Shown: piece by piece, positions 34,079 to 45,801 of the stretch
Layout: the number at the start of each line of letters is the position of its first letter
How positions within the stretch are numbered: the stretch's first letter is position 1
NCBI GenBank assembly: GCA_035084275.1
Contig: CM068763.1
Span: 10,850,001 to 10,914,000, forward strand
Reading direction: 5' to 3'
Length of the DNA stretch: 64,000 nt
Source of the DNA: Hydrolagus colliei
Lineage: Eukaryota
Translations under genes and position numbers: made by a program
Notes under the pieces: generated by a model
Seen by the model: only the letters and a program-made list of their open reading frames with translations
The model's database searches: none
What the model was told of the DNA's origin: nothing

Positions 34079-36058
34079 ATGAAAACTCTTCTGCCTGTTT
34101 TGGTGACATTTGGCTTCAGATTAGTGGTTGGTAAGTATCTTTATTTGGTAGTTTTTGTTCCCTTCCGACCTGTTTTACACGAGGAAGGTTTATTGTTTGA
34201 GGATTACAAGAGGAGCTACGTTTAGTAACAGAAATAGCTGGGAACACTTAAGAAGGAAAAGTGGGAGGGAGAAGCTGATCTACTGTGGCCTGAACAGTTC
34301 AGTGTGTGGGGGGTGTTAGGACTAATTTCTGCTGAAAGGAATAGAAATTATACCATGTGGTTAGTACACTCTACATGATTCAGAGTGTGGCCGTCGATAA
34401 TCTACGCAGTATGTGGAGGTATCAGGAATAATACCTTGCGTCAATATAATGTGCCCACAGCTGGATTTGAAGTGCACGTCTCAAGAGAACCAGTAATTGC
34501 TATCCACGGACACTATGCAGTTCTGCGATGCAGTTTTACTCCCAGTGGAACGTCAACACAGGGCGTTGAGATCACCTGGCTGCGTAAAGACACTGCAGAA
34601 GTGGTTCACAGTTTTTACGAGAGCCAACACCAGCTCAGTGACCAGAGTCCTCGCTACACAGGACGGACCAGTCTATCCCCAGAGGAGATTATAAAGGGAA
34701 ATGCCTCATTGATACTCAAAGGAGTGAGACCAGAGGACAGCGGAGAATATGTGTGTTATGTCAGCACAAGAAGTGGAGATGCCAAAGGAACAATCTCTCT
34801 ACAATTCGCAGGTACATGTTTATTCACTCCGAGACATTAAGTCTGGATGAACGACATTATACAAATACAAGTTGTATTTGTGTCACTTTTCACAGAATAT
34901 ACCGTCAAGTGAATTGACTGTATACTTTGCTGGTGAAACGCGACAGCCAATTACTCACAGCAGCGTCCCCACAAACAGTCGTGGATTGGATCGGGTTGGT
35001 GGTTGAGGGGTAGCTAGGGGTGGGATTTGGAGTTCAGAGTTATTTTATTTATGTAGCATTTTACAGCATCCAGAATTTAGTCATTTAGAAATGCATTCAT
35101 TTCTATGATTGTTATTTATTCAAGAGTAAATTTAGATCTCGGTGGAATCTCTTCCCCTACAAAGTTTTAACAATGTAATATTTGTAGTGAGGCTATAATA
35201 CAATATAAGTATAACATTTGTCATTAAGACTTTTCCAAGTTCATCATCACTGCTTGTACCTAAAGCCTGTTCTTCTATTCCTTAGCATATTACAGGGAAC
35301 CCATTTTAACAATCCATTTAGCAATAAATGGACCACTTTATCAATTCGAATCCCAAGGCTTCCCTCAAGCTGTTATTTCCTGGTTCGATGAACAACACAA
35401 GGATATTTCTTCGCAAACGGACACATTTTTCCAACGGAATGCAGACGGCCTGTATTCAGTGAGTAGCACTCTGGAAATTGCTGACACGACAGCAAACCCT
35501 TCGAAATACACATTTACAATAAGCAATGACGTCTTGGGACAGTCACTTTCCAGGACATTTGTATTGACTTCAGGTGAGTTAGTTTAACCGAACTCTGCAA
35601 TCCGTGAATCTCTCCATCTCCCAATGCATGACTGCACATTCTGTTCTCTTGCACTGTCACTTAAGTTCTGCGTATACATTTCGCCCACACAATGTACAAT
35701 CAGTACACATTACAGTGTATTTTCCAGGAAGTCTTCAGAATATTAGGTTCAAATTACTATATATTTTTTTAAATTATTGTGAGAAACTACTACAAAGCTC
35801 AGCACTGAAAGCACGGGTCATGGAATAAAATAGATTTATTTTGTGTGTTTTACAGAAATCCAAAAGGAAACAGAATCGCCTGCCATTAGAAATCACTGGA
35901 TACCGGCAGTCATTCTCATGTTTATTCAATTAATAGTCATTTTAATTCTGGTGATGGTGCTGTTCATAAAGCATCGTAACTCAACAGAACATAAGAAATG
36001 CCATCAAAATGGACAATGGACGACACCACAAACTGTCAAACAAATTGTACTAATTTGA
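34079..36058 (+). CDS. Gene C: B7-family type I membrane protein, 297 aa (302 from the upstream ATG at 34064)
   Basis: join(34079..34130, 34461..34811, 35286..35573, 35856..36058) = 894 nt, GT-AG phase-1 introns, open frame. The tail is shortened by a 1-nt deletion. Confidence 0.88.
34461..34811 (+). CDS. Gene C IgV exon
   Basis: CACAG|CT ... GCAG|GTACAT; ORF 34385-34840. Confidence 0.95.
35286..35573 (+). CDS. Gene C IgC exon (cysteine-free)
   Basis: CTTAG|CA ... TCAG|GTGAGT; YYREPILTIHLAINGPLYQFESQGFPQAVISW...KYTFTISN...FVLTS. Confidence 0.9.
35856..36058 (+). CDS. Gene C TM/cytoplasmic exon
   Basis: ORF 35843-36058; WIPAVILMFIQLIVILILVMVLFI, tail ending TTPQTVKQIVLI*. Confidence 0.85.
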
Positions 36059-36924
36059 ACCCCAGCACTGTCTGGCCTCCAGATGTTCTGTAGTTGTTTG
36101 GAAGGATTGGTTGCATGGACACAAAGCCATTGTATGATTGACACCAAGCAATCTGATTGTCTATTTTATGAGTACTGATATAACTCATGCTTGTTGTTGT
36201 CATGTGACTCAATGGTTAAAGCACTCGCTTTACAAATGAGAGATCTGGGTTCAAATCTGGGCAGGTCAGGGCGAAAGTGCCAAAGAGAGAGAAAAAAAGC
36301 AAAATAGCTTTAGTTGCCACCGTAAGGTTTCACTTTTACACTCACCTGATGTTCTACGAATCCCGAGATTTAGAAACAAAGTAAAAAATAAATGGCGTGT
36401 GTTTCAGTCGTCAATTTACTGTTCCAACCACCATAGACTTGCCTTCGATTGATGGGTGAGGTGAAGCCCAGAGGTGATCAAGGTCACAGGTATGGACAGG
36501 CTTTAAGTCTACTTCTGAACAACTGAGGAGATCACAGCTAAGCACGAACTCACAGCACCTGCAAATGATGAAATGGAGTGAGAAAAATCATCCATATATA
36601 CAACAAATTGTATTGTCTCACAAAGATCAGTCAAACTAGCAACAACGATTGATCCCACAGGGCTCCCATTACCCAAGGTTCAGATTCTTTCCTTTCACCA
36701 CCACAGAGAAACACCATTGCACATGATTTACAGTCCATCCAAAGGACAATTGCAGACTTTCAACCTTCAGCTGACTTAACTACTCACTCAAGGCAAAGGC
36801 CAGAACCAACTCAGCCAAGTTAACAATTCAGCAAGTCAACAACCCCAACTGTGATCCCAACTCCGCCTGACCCAAGGGAACTCCACTGAACTCCCATTAA
36901 TATCATTAGACAAGACAAAGAAGA

Positions 36925-37318
36925 TGTTATAATATCAGAGATGAGGGTAAGGTTTGGACTGGTCAAAGGTCAGGAGGATTTCTGGATATATTTGGGAGAG
37001 AAGTCCAAGAGTTAAGTTAGAACTGTTAGACCTGCAAGATCAGTGAGACCTGTTAGACCTACAGGACCAGTCCAGATAAGGTCAAGTATAGCAGCAGACA
37101 GACAGAACACCATCTTGAGACCAAGCGACGTTCGATTCAGTTGAATCCTGTTTTAACCGGTAACCGGTAGTATTTTAACTCTGTATTTTAACCAGTAGTA
37201 ACTCTGTATTTTAACCAGTCTGTATTTCACACTATATGAGTTTATTTATTAAAAACCGTACCTTTCGTTGAGGATTGTTGGGTCATCGTTTGAACTCTCG
37301 GGATCGGAAATCCCAACA
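36925..37318 (+). mobile_element. Putative LTR (3' LTR with upstream internal remnant)
   Basis: TGTT...AACA termini, a purine tract AGACAAGACAAAGAAGA immediately upstream (PPT-like) and ATTAAA at 37248. No TSD found. Duplicated at 53774-54133. Confidence 0.45.
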
Positions 37319-37868
37319 AGCGTGTACTGTGAAGCTCTTTGAGACGTCTCGAAGACGTCAAAAAGCGCGATATCAAATGCAAGGATTATTATAAATATAT
37401 CTGCGCGCACAGCACCCCCCTCTGTAGAGAAGCCACATTACAGTGTCCGACAGACATACAGCACACCCAGGAGGCATTGAGAAGACATTACAACAAACGC
37501 AAGGTTTATTTTGTTTATTGAAATGCACACAGTAAACCAGGCTGACTGACTCATGTGAAAAAAAACACCAGCTAACTATTTGGGTCTTAAAAGACTTCAA
37601 TTGCCTTCCAAGTAACAATGAAGCACTTTATAATAAGAGTTCTACGAGATGAAAATTAGTTCTTTTAAACAATCATAAGAATTATCAGCAAACGACACAC
37701 ATGGTCAATTATTTTTTGTGAAAAAAAAGTATTATTTAAGTATTCCGTTAAGTATTTTCCGTGAATAAACAATAAGATCTTCCCTTTATGTGGCGGCCAT
37801 CACACAAGACATTGCACAGCGGCCAAACGAGTGGGAGAGAGAGCAACGATCGGCAGGGGGAGAGGCGT

Positions 37869-38218
37869 AGCTCCTGTAGCTCAGTGGTTAGAGCAGTCGC
37901 TTTACAAGCCTTAGAATTTTCGAATCCAGGCAGATCAGGGCGAAACCTTGGGCAAGTTTCCTTTCTCCGCACGCCTAATAATAATCCGTCTCCCTCCCCC
38001 CCCACCCACCTCAGCCACCGAAAAACAAACAAACGCAATAATAAAATTGGTAATTTCAACCCACGGCTGTGGGGGACGTTGCTGTGCGCAATTGGCTGCC
38101 GCGTTTCGCCCGCAAATATACAGTCAATTCACTTTACAGTCTATTCTGTGAAGCGCTTTGAGACGTCGATAAGATGTGAAAAGCGCTGTATCAAATGCAA
38201 GGATTATTATTATTATTA
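37869..38218 (+). mobile_element. tRNA-derived SINE, full length
   Basis: AGCTCCTGTAGCTCAGTGGTTAGAGCAG head, conserved body and (ATT)n tail; paralogous copy at about 54678-55010. Confidence 0.85.
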
Positions 38219-38483
38219 TGTTGCATCATTAAATCATGCTTCAGTAAGCACTCGCAAATTAATTTAGGAGGAACAAAAAGTTAAAAGACACAAGCCCGAA
38301 AATCTGTTTGCTGCCGTTACTTGCTTCGATCCACGCAGTAACTTGCAATACAAATGTAATGGCAGTCCAACGCAGTGTTTCAGATTAAGTGAAAACCCGT
38401 AGAGTTCAGAACCCAGCAGCCACGATAGGAAATCTAGCGACGTATCCCATCATCGCGAAGCCCGAGGGATTATGGCCACCCAG

Positions 38484-38800
38484 TAGGGAACGGCGATGTA
38501 TCGGTTTTTCGATTAAACCCGATATGATTTTCAGATCGGTATGCCGATATGGTGATTCTAAAAAAAACGTTATATTCCAGAGATTCGATTTAAAAAATAT
38601 ACATCGTTATATTTTTAATATCGTTCCTGGCAATATATCAATATTGTTGGTATTATCAGTGTAATGCGATCTTTTCCAGCTTACCTTGTCGCCGGCATTG
38701 CCACCTCCTAGACCTAGAGCATGGAATGCGCGTACATTCGGTGCGCGCGCACAATTAACGGGCGCGCACATCCGATGCGCGTGCACACTTCTATGTGTGT
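38484..38800. mobile_element. hAT-like element end related to the 44055-45801 element
   Basis: TAGGGAACGGCGATGTATCGG...AAACCCGATATGATTTTCAGATCGGTATGCCGATATGG aligns with the reverse complement of 45730-45801, and a GCGCGC-rich internal block is also shared. The opposite terminus was not found. Confidence 0.55.
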
Positions 38801-39521
38801 GTAGCACACACAGCAGTGATAATCTGGCTTGGGAGATATATATATATATACAAACTTGGGAGAGAAGGAGAGAGGAAGAGAGGAGAGGGAGGGAGAGAAT
38901 GAGAGGGGGAAAGGAGGGAGAGAATGAGAGGGGGAAAGGAGGGAGAGAAGGAGCGAGGGGAAAGGAGGGAGAGAAGGAGAGAGGGGCGGGAGGGAGGGAG
39001 GGAGGGAGGGACGTTTTTTTCCGGCCAAATGGCAAACCCTGAGTGTAACTGTTATCGGAAAATAGCGGCAATCGGCCGCAGGCGCCGCCGGGCCCGTTTC
39101 CTCCGGTGTAAGTCGATCAAAGTATAAATCTTAATAAAACATTAATGTTCTAGTGGCAATTATAATAACATTAATAACTCCGGAAAAGTTGCATAAATTT
39201 ATTAAAGATTTAAACATAAAGCACAGCGTCCTCCGCAAACACGATTGACCAACGCGAGTGGCATGAAGGAGGACTCCCCTACATCACTCCGCAGCTCACG
39301 CGGACAATTATTCCTGCAGGTCAACAAGCGGCTCGTGGGGATTGTTTATTTTCCGAGTAGTGGGAAAAGTAACTGAACTTAGTCCACTGAACGTTCACTG
39401 AACGTCCAGCCGTTGCTTTTTCATTGGTTCCCCCAAAATATGGAAAATATGAAGAAAAAATACAAAATGACCTCGACATCCTAACATTGAAGTTGTAATT
39501 CAATGTTATTGCAAACACACA

Positions 39522-39579
<58 letters not shown>

Positions 39580-40468
39580 CACACACAAACAAATCAAGAC
39601 TATTTAACAATATCAAGGCTATAGACATGAGGCACAATGTTCAGGCAACGTATTAACAAAAACTAAATCAAATTCTAAAACTGCCCATCAGTCAACAGTG
39701 ACACGTCATGCTGAAGTAAAAACAATAGACAATCAATAAAAATTGAAAGCAGATGAAATTTACGTTTCGCTGGTAAAAGTTGTTCTCTGAACGTTCAGTG
39801 AACGTTGACTGCGAACATTGGACGTTCGACCTCGAGGAGATGTTCAGTGAATGTTTAGTTAACATTCGAATGCCAGCTGGCTAGCTATTTGGGTCTTAAC
39901 AGACATTGATGACCTCCCATGTAGCAAAGAAGCATTTTATAGCAGTGTTTTACAAGATGAAAATTCCTTATTTTAAAGACAAATCACCAGAATTATTGGT
40001 AAATAATACGCATGATCAATGATTTTTTGTTAAGAGAAGTTTCCTCTGTAAGTATTTTCAGTGAATAAACAATAAGGTCTTCCCTTTATGTGGCGGCCAT
40101 CACACAAGACATTGCACAGCGGCCAAACAAGTGGGAGAGAGAGCAGCGATCGGCAGGGGCAGAGGCACAGCACAGTGCGTTACATGTTGTTCATCCTTAA
40201 ATCATCTTCATTAAAGCCTCGCAATGCCCTTGGGAGGAAGAAAAAGTTAAGACGCAAGCCCGGAGTGAAAGAAACTTGTCTAAAGTTTCACCCGCCCCAG
40301 GAATCAAACCCAGGACTCGAGTTTGTTTGTGTTGTTCAAAGGCAGCAATGGGGTTACATGGTGACAGGCGCTCCCATGTGTGGAACCATGGTACTGCAGA
40401 CCCCAAGAGAAGACATGGAGGCCACTGATTGCCATATACAAGGGGCAATCAGTCCCAATGGTTAACCC

Positions 40469-40719
40469 TTAGTGGTAACTCAAGGTCGGGTGGTCACCAA
40501 CTTCAGGCCGGACACTGAGCTGAAGGATTGGGCTGAGATGGGCTTTGGATACAAGACATTGTCCATTTTTATGGAGTTTCTTAAATGATTTTAAGTTGCG
40601 CTGCTTTATTAACAGCGCTATCATCAGAATTAAAATGACTATTAATTCAATACACATGAGAATGACTATGGGTATGCAATGATTTCCAGCAGCAGGCGAT
40701 TCTGTTTCCCTTTTGATTT
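40469..40719 (-). CDS. Gene D TM/cytoplasmic exon (divergent)
   Basis: ORF 40469-40732; CIPIVILMCIELIVILILMIALLI, tail ...HKNGQCLVSKAHLSPILQLSVRPEVGDHPTLSYH*. Confidence 0.8.
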
Positions 40720-43625
40720 CTGTAAAACACACAAAATAAATCTATTTTATTCCATGTCCATGCTTCCAGTACTGAGTTTGTGTTTTTAGTTTCTCACGAT
40801 ACAATGTAAAAAACAAAGATAGAATAATTTGAACTTAATTGTGAGATTCCATATTAAATAATAGTAATAATTTGCATTTATATAGTTTTGTAGTTATCAT
40901 ATTGTCAAGACTTCCTAAAAAATACACTGCGGAGTGCACTGACTGTAGCTTTTGTGAGTGAAATGTGTATGCAGAGCTGTAGCAAGAGTACAACAACAAC
41001 AACAACCAAATTACTTGTGTATCGCGCCTTTCACTTCAGTAGGATGTCCCAAGGCGCTGGACAGTCAATGTTTCAGACCTGAGCTGGGGTCAGGATTGGA
41101 ATGCTTTGGGAAGTGGAGGGATTCATGGATTGCAGAGTTCGGGTAAAATAACTCACCTGGAGTAAATACAAATGTCCTGGAAAGTGATTGTCCCAAGACG
41201 TCATTGCTTATTGTGAATGTGTAGTTCGCAGAGGTTGCTCTACTGTCAGCAATTTCCAGAGTGCTACTCACTGAATACAGGCCGTCTGCATTCCGTTGGA
41301 AAAAAGTGTCTGTTTGCGAAGAAATATCCTTGTGTTGTTCATCGAACCAGGAAATAACAGCTTGAGGGAAGCCTTGGGATTCGAATCGAAAAAGTGGTCC
41401 ATTTATTGCTAAATGGATTGTTAAAATGGGTTCCCTGTAATATGCTGAGGAATAGAGGAACAGGCTTTAGGTACAAGCAGTGATAATCAACTTGGAAAAG
41501 TCTTAATTACAAATGTTATACTTTTACCATAAATACCCGCGTATAAGGGAGGGAGGGAGGGAGGGAGGGAGGGAGGGAGGGAGACTGGGTTTGGCAGAAG
41601 GCAGGCAGCGGGCACAGCACTGAAGTCCGCTGCTGCTGCCGCTGTCCGGGCGGCCGAGGCCCCGTCACCCGCTCCCCCCAACCCCCACCGGACACTGACC
41701 AAACCCCGGCTGACAGCGCTGGCCGCCCCTCCTGCTTATTTCCGAGGCTCAAAATTTCTTGTACCTGCGTATAGGGCGCACCCCCAACTTTCGAGATCTT
41801 CTGACGTGAAAAAAAGTGCGCCTTATACGCGGGTATTTATGGTATATTGCATCACCACCTCACTACAAATATTACATTGTTAAAGCTTTGTAGGGGAAGA
41901 GATTCCACCGCGACCTAAATTTACTCTTGAATAAATAACAATTATAGAAATGAATGCATTTCTAAACGACTGAATTCTGGACGCTCTAAAATGCTACATA
42001 AATAAAATAAATCTGAACTCCAAATCCCATCCCTAGCTACACCCCAACCACCAACACAACCCAATCCACGACTGTTTGTGGGGACGCTGCTGTGCGTAAT
42101 TGGCTGTCGCGTTTCACCAGCAAAGTATGCAGTCAATTCACTTGACGGTATATTCAGTGAAGCGCTTTGAGACAAGCGCCTTGGGACGTCCTCCTGACGT
42201 GAAAGGCGCTGTACAAATGTAACTTTGTTGTTGTTGGAAGACGTGAAAAGCGTTGGATCCAATGCAAGGATGATGATTATTATTGGTCCTCAAAAAGCTT
42301 TATTATTAAATCCTCAAAAGCAGGGACTCTTATAACGTCCAGTAGGTTTGAGAACATTTACAAATGTTACTTTACTGATAACTCAAGTCGCATATACTTA
42401 ATTCACAGGCACGAAAAAAGTGACACAAATACAACTTGTATTTATATAATGTCGTTCATGCAGACTTAATGTCTCGGAGTGAATAAACATGTACCTGCGA
42501 ATTGTAGAGAAATTGTTCCTTTGGCATCTCCACTTATTGTGCTGACATAACACACATATTCTCCGCTGTCCTCTGGTCTCACTCCTTTGAGTATCAATGA
42601 GGCATTTCCCTTTATAATCTCCTCTGGGAATAGACTGGTCCGTACTACATAGCGAGGACTGTGTACACTGAGCTGGTGTTCGCTGTAGTAATAACTGTAA
42701 ACTATCTCCTTAGTGTCTTCACGCTGCCAGGTGATCTCAACGCCCTGAGTTGACGTTTCACTGGGAGTAAAACTGCATCCCAGAACTGCATCGTGTCCGT
42801 GGATAGCAATTACTGGTTCTCTTGAGACGCCCACTTCAAATCCAGCTGTGGACACATTATATTGATGAGCTGGGTCAGAACATGAGATTATTCAGTGAAG
42901 CACATGTGTCCCTTTGATGGATATTTCAATTCAAGAGACACATGGGATGGTTGGGTGCGGGGAGGGAGATCTGTTTGGACTTGATGTTTTGTGTACTTGT
43001 GACTGTTTGTAGGGACACTGCTGTGTGCAATTGGCTGCCGTGTTTCACCCACATATATGTGTCTGTGTGTATATGTATATATGCTGTGTAGTCAATTCAC
43101 TTTACAATACATTCTGTGAAACGCTTTGAGACATCGATAAGACATTGGTAAGATGTGAAAAGCACTATATCAAATGCAAAGATTATTATTATTATCTGGT
43201 GAGCTCCCAATTAGTCCAGTAAGGACTTGAACTTATGTGGCGCTCCAAGGATAAGGTTTAGTGAAGAGTTTCCTGAGTGACGGGTTAAGTATAAATACAA
43301 AACTAATTGTTGCCACTGCCAGCATGATGACTTAAGTGTTATTGACAAGTTAATCCGGGGTCCAGTTATCAGTTTACTGTAGTAACTAGATGCCCACCCT
43401 GTTATAACATGATCATTTGTGTCTAGAAATTCATTCTAACAACAGTGGCTACTGTACACACTTCCTCACCTTCTATTACTAAACGTAGCTCCTCTTGTAA
43501 TCCTCAAACAATAAACCTTCCTCGTGTAAAACAGGTCGGAAGGGAACAAAAACTACCAAACAAAGATACTTACCAACCTCTAATCTGAAGCCAAATGTCA
43601 CCAAAACAGGCAGAAGAGTTTTCAT
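40469..43625 (-). CDS. Gene D: B7-family type I membrane protein, 313 aa, inverted copy
   Basis: complement join(43625..43574, 42845..42495, 41444..41157, 40719..40469) = 942 nt, GT-AG phase-1 introns, open frame; upstream in-frame ATG at 43640. Confidence 0.88.
41157..41444 (-). CDS. Gene D IgC exon (cysteine-free)
   Basis: CTCAG|CA ... CCAG|GTGAGT on the minus strand; YYREPILTIHLAINGPLFRFESQGFP...NYTFTISN...FVFTP. Confidence 0.9.
41527..41842. mobile_element. Tc1/mariner (Tc2-type) MITE
   Basis: Perfect 22-bp TIRs CCATAAATACCCGCGTATAAGG / CCTTATACGCGGGTATTTATGG flanked by TA on both sides (41525-26, 41843-44); absent from the equivalent intron of C and E. Confidence 0.85.
42495..42845 (-). 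CDS. Gene D IgV exon
   Basis: ORF 42466-42855; same splice sites and V-set motifs as B, C and E. Confidence 0.95.
43574..43625 (-). CDS. Gene D signal-peptide exon (MKTLLPVLVTFGFRLEV)
   Basis: Reverse complement of the C signal-peptide exon with one V>E change; donor G|GTAAGT. Confidence 0.85.
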
Positions 43626-44054
43626 CCCACTTTGTCTCATGTCAACCTGTCAACAAAAAGCAGCAACGACACCTGGTAAACACCGGGACCATCTCCACCT
43701 TTCACTGTTTCTTTTAACTTTGTAAATACAGAAAGATGCAATTTCTCAACTGTAGGAGATGGTTGATCATTTGTGTTAAAACTTTGCCAGGAATGAACAG
43801 TCTCTGTCTGTTCTCAGTCTAATGTCCTTGGAACTTCCTCTGTCAGGAATGCTGGTAACTGATGCTCCTCACAATAGACGTCAGAAGAACGGAAAGAAAG
43901 AAGAATCAACAACGCAACAACTTGCATTTACTTGCACTTTTCCCTCCACGTCGGGCAGCGCCTCAGAGCGCCTCACAATGGCGGAGCCCGAGCCAGGGGG
44001 AGGGGGAGGTGGCTGTAAGAAATCTTCCATTTACTCATGTGAAATACTGCACCC

Positions 44055-45801
44055 TAGGGTCTGTTGATATGGAAATTTTACGATTTAGATATATCGATGG
44101 GCTCATCGAGATGTACCGAAATATCGATATTGTTGGGTTTTTCGTACTGTGCATGCGCCCGCGGTGCGCGCATACAGAGTGCACGCGCGTTCGGAGTGCG
44201 TGCGCGTTCCGGGTGCGCGCGCATTCGGGGCCTATCTCCTCAGGAGGTAAATATCTTTCTCTCTCTGTGTCTCTCACTCTCTCCATCTCTGTGTTTTTCT
44301 GTCTGTGTCTCTGTGTCTCTCTCACATCCCCCCCATCTCTATCTATCTGTACATTATCACATCCACCCCGTCTCTCCCCTCCCCACCCGCCATCTCTCCC
44401 CCTCCCCACCCCCCCCATCCGTCTCTCTCCCCCTCACCACCCCAGCCGTCTCTCTCCCCCCAACCCCCAGCCGTCTCTCTCCCCCTCCCCCCCCAGCCGT
44501 CTCTCCCTCTCATCCCACCCCCCCAGCCGTCTCTCTCCCCCTCACCGCCCCCCAGCCATCTCTCTCCCCCCCCCAACCCCCAGCCGTCTCTCTCCCCCTC
44601 CCCCCCCAGCCGTCTCTCCCTCTCATCCCACCCCCCCAGCCGTCTCTCTCCCCCTCACCGCCCCCCCAGCCGTCTCTCCCCCTCACCCCCACCCCCAGCC
44701 GTCTCTCTCCCCACCACCCCTCCCCAGCCGTCTCTCTCCCCATCACCGCCCCCCCAGCCGTCTCTCTCCCCCTCACCCCCCCCCCAGCCGTCTCTCCCCC
44801 TCACCCCTCCCCAGCCGTCTCTCTCCCCCTCACACCCCCAGCCGTCTGTCTCCCCCTCACCAGCCCCCAGCTGTCTCTCCCCCTCACCAGCCCCCAGCCG
44901 TCTCTCTCCCCCTCACCCCCCCACAGCCGTCTCTCTCCCCCTCCACAACCCCCAGCCATCTCTCTCCCCATGCCCCGCCCCCCCCAGCCGTCTCTCTCCC
45001 CCTCACACCCCCCAGCCGTCTCTCTCCCCCCCCCCAACCCCCAGACGTCTCACTCCCCCTCACCCCCCCACAGCCAACTCTCTCCCCCTAACCCCCCCCA
45101 GCCGTCTCTCTCCCCCTCACCCCCCCCAGCCGTCTCTCTCCCCCTCACCCCACCCCCCCAGCCGTCTCTCTCCCCCTCACCCCCCCCAGCCGTCTCTCTC
45201 CCCCTCACCCCACCCCCCCAGCCGTCTCTCTCCCCCTCACCCCACCCCCCCAGCCGTCTCTCTCCCCCTCACCCCCCCCAGCCGTCTCTCTCCCCCTCAC
45301 CCCACCCCCCCAGCCGTCTCTCTCCCCCTCACCTCACCAGCCCCCAGCCGTCTCTCTCCCCCTCACCCCCCCACAGCTGTCTTTTTCCCCCTCACACCCC
45401 CCAGCCGTCTCTCCCCCTCACCCCAGCTGTCTCGCTCCCCCTCACCAGCCCCAGCCGTCTCTCTCCCCCTCACCAGCCCCAGCCATCTCTCTCCCCCTCA
45501 CCCCCACCAGATGTCTCTCCCCCCCTCAAACCCCAGCCCCCTCCCCCCCCCTCCTCCTTGCATACCTGTATATTGTATTCGAGGACTATGAATACAATAT
45601 GGCGGCTTTGCACCTCGGTCTGTGCATTGTGTATAGAGATGAGCATTCTGGGTCTTGTAGTTCAGTGTGCGCGCATTCCGATTTTTTACCTCGATATATC
45701 GACTTTTCAATGTATCGATATTTTCAAAATGCCTATATCGGCATATCGATATGAAAATTATATCGGGTTTTAACGATATATCGATATATCGCTGGACCCT
45801 A
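44055..45801. mobile_element. Non-autonomous hAT (Ac-like) DNA transposon
   Basis: 8-bp TSD CTGCACCC (44047-44054 and 45802-45809), imperfect TIRs TAGGGTCTGTTGATAT / TAGGGTCCAGCGATAT (reverse complement) and subterminal ATATCG repeats. No transposase. Confidence 0.9.
44365..45520. repeat. C-rich minisatellite (unit about 26-32 nt, CCCCCCAGCCGTCTCTCTCCCCCTCA) inside the hAT element
   Basis: Dozens of tandem variant units are visible. Confidence 0.95.

Noticed and set aside
44365-45520. CRISPR-like repeat array
   Set aside because: The units are directly adjacent with no unique spacers, the context is eukaryotic with spliceosomal introns, and there are no cas genes.
43862-45773. Long Pro/Ser-rich ORFs (409, 569, 428 aa) resembling extensin or mucin
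   Set aside because: They run through a C-rich minisatellite that cannot contain stop codons. All three frames are open and lie inside a TSD-bounded hAT element.
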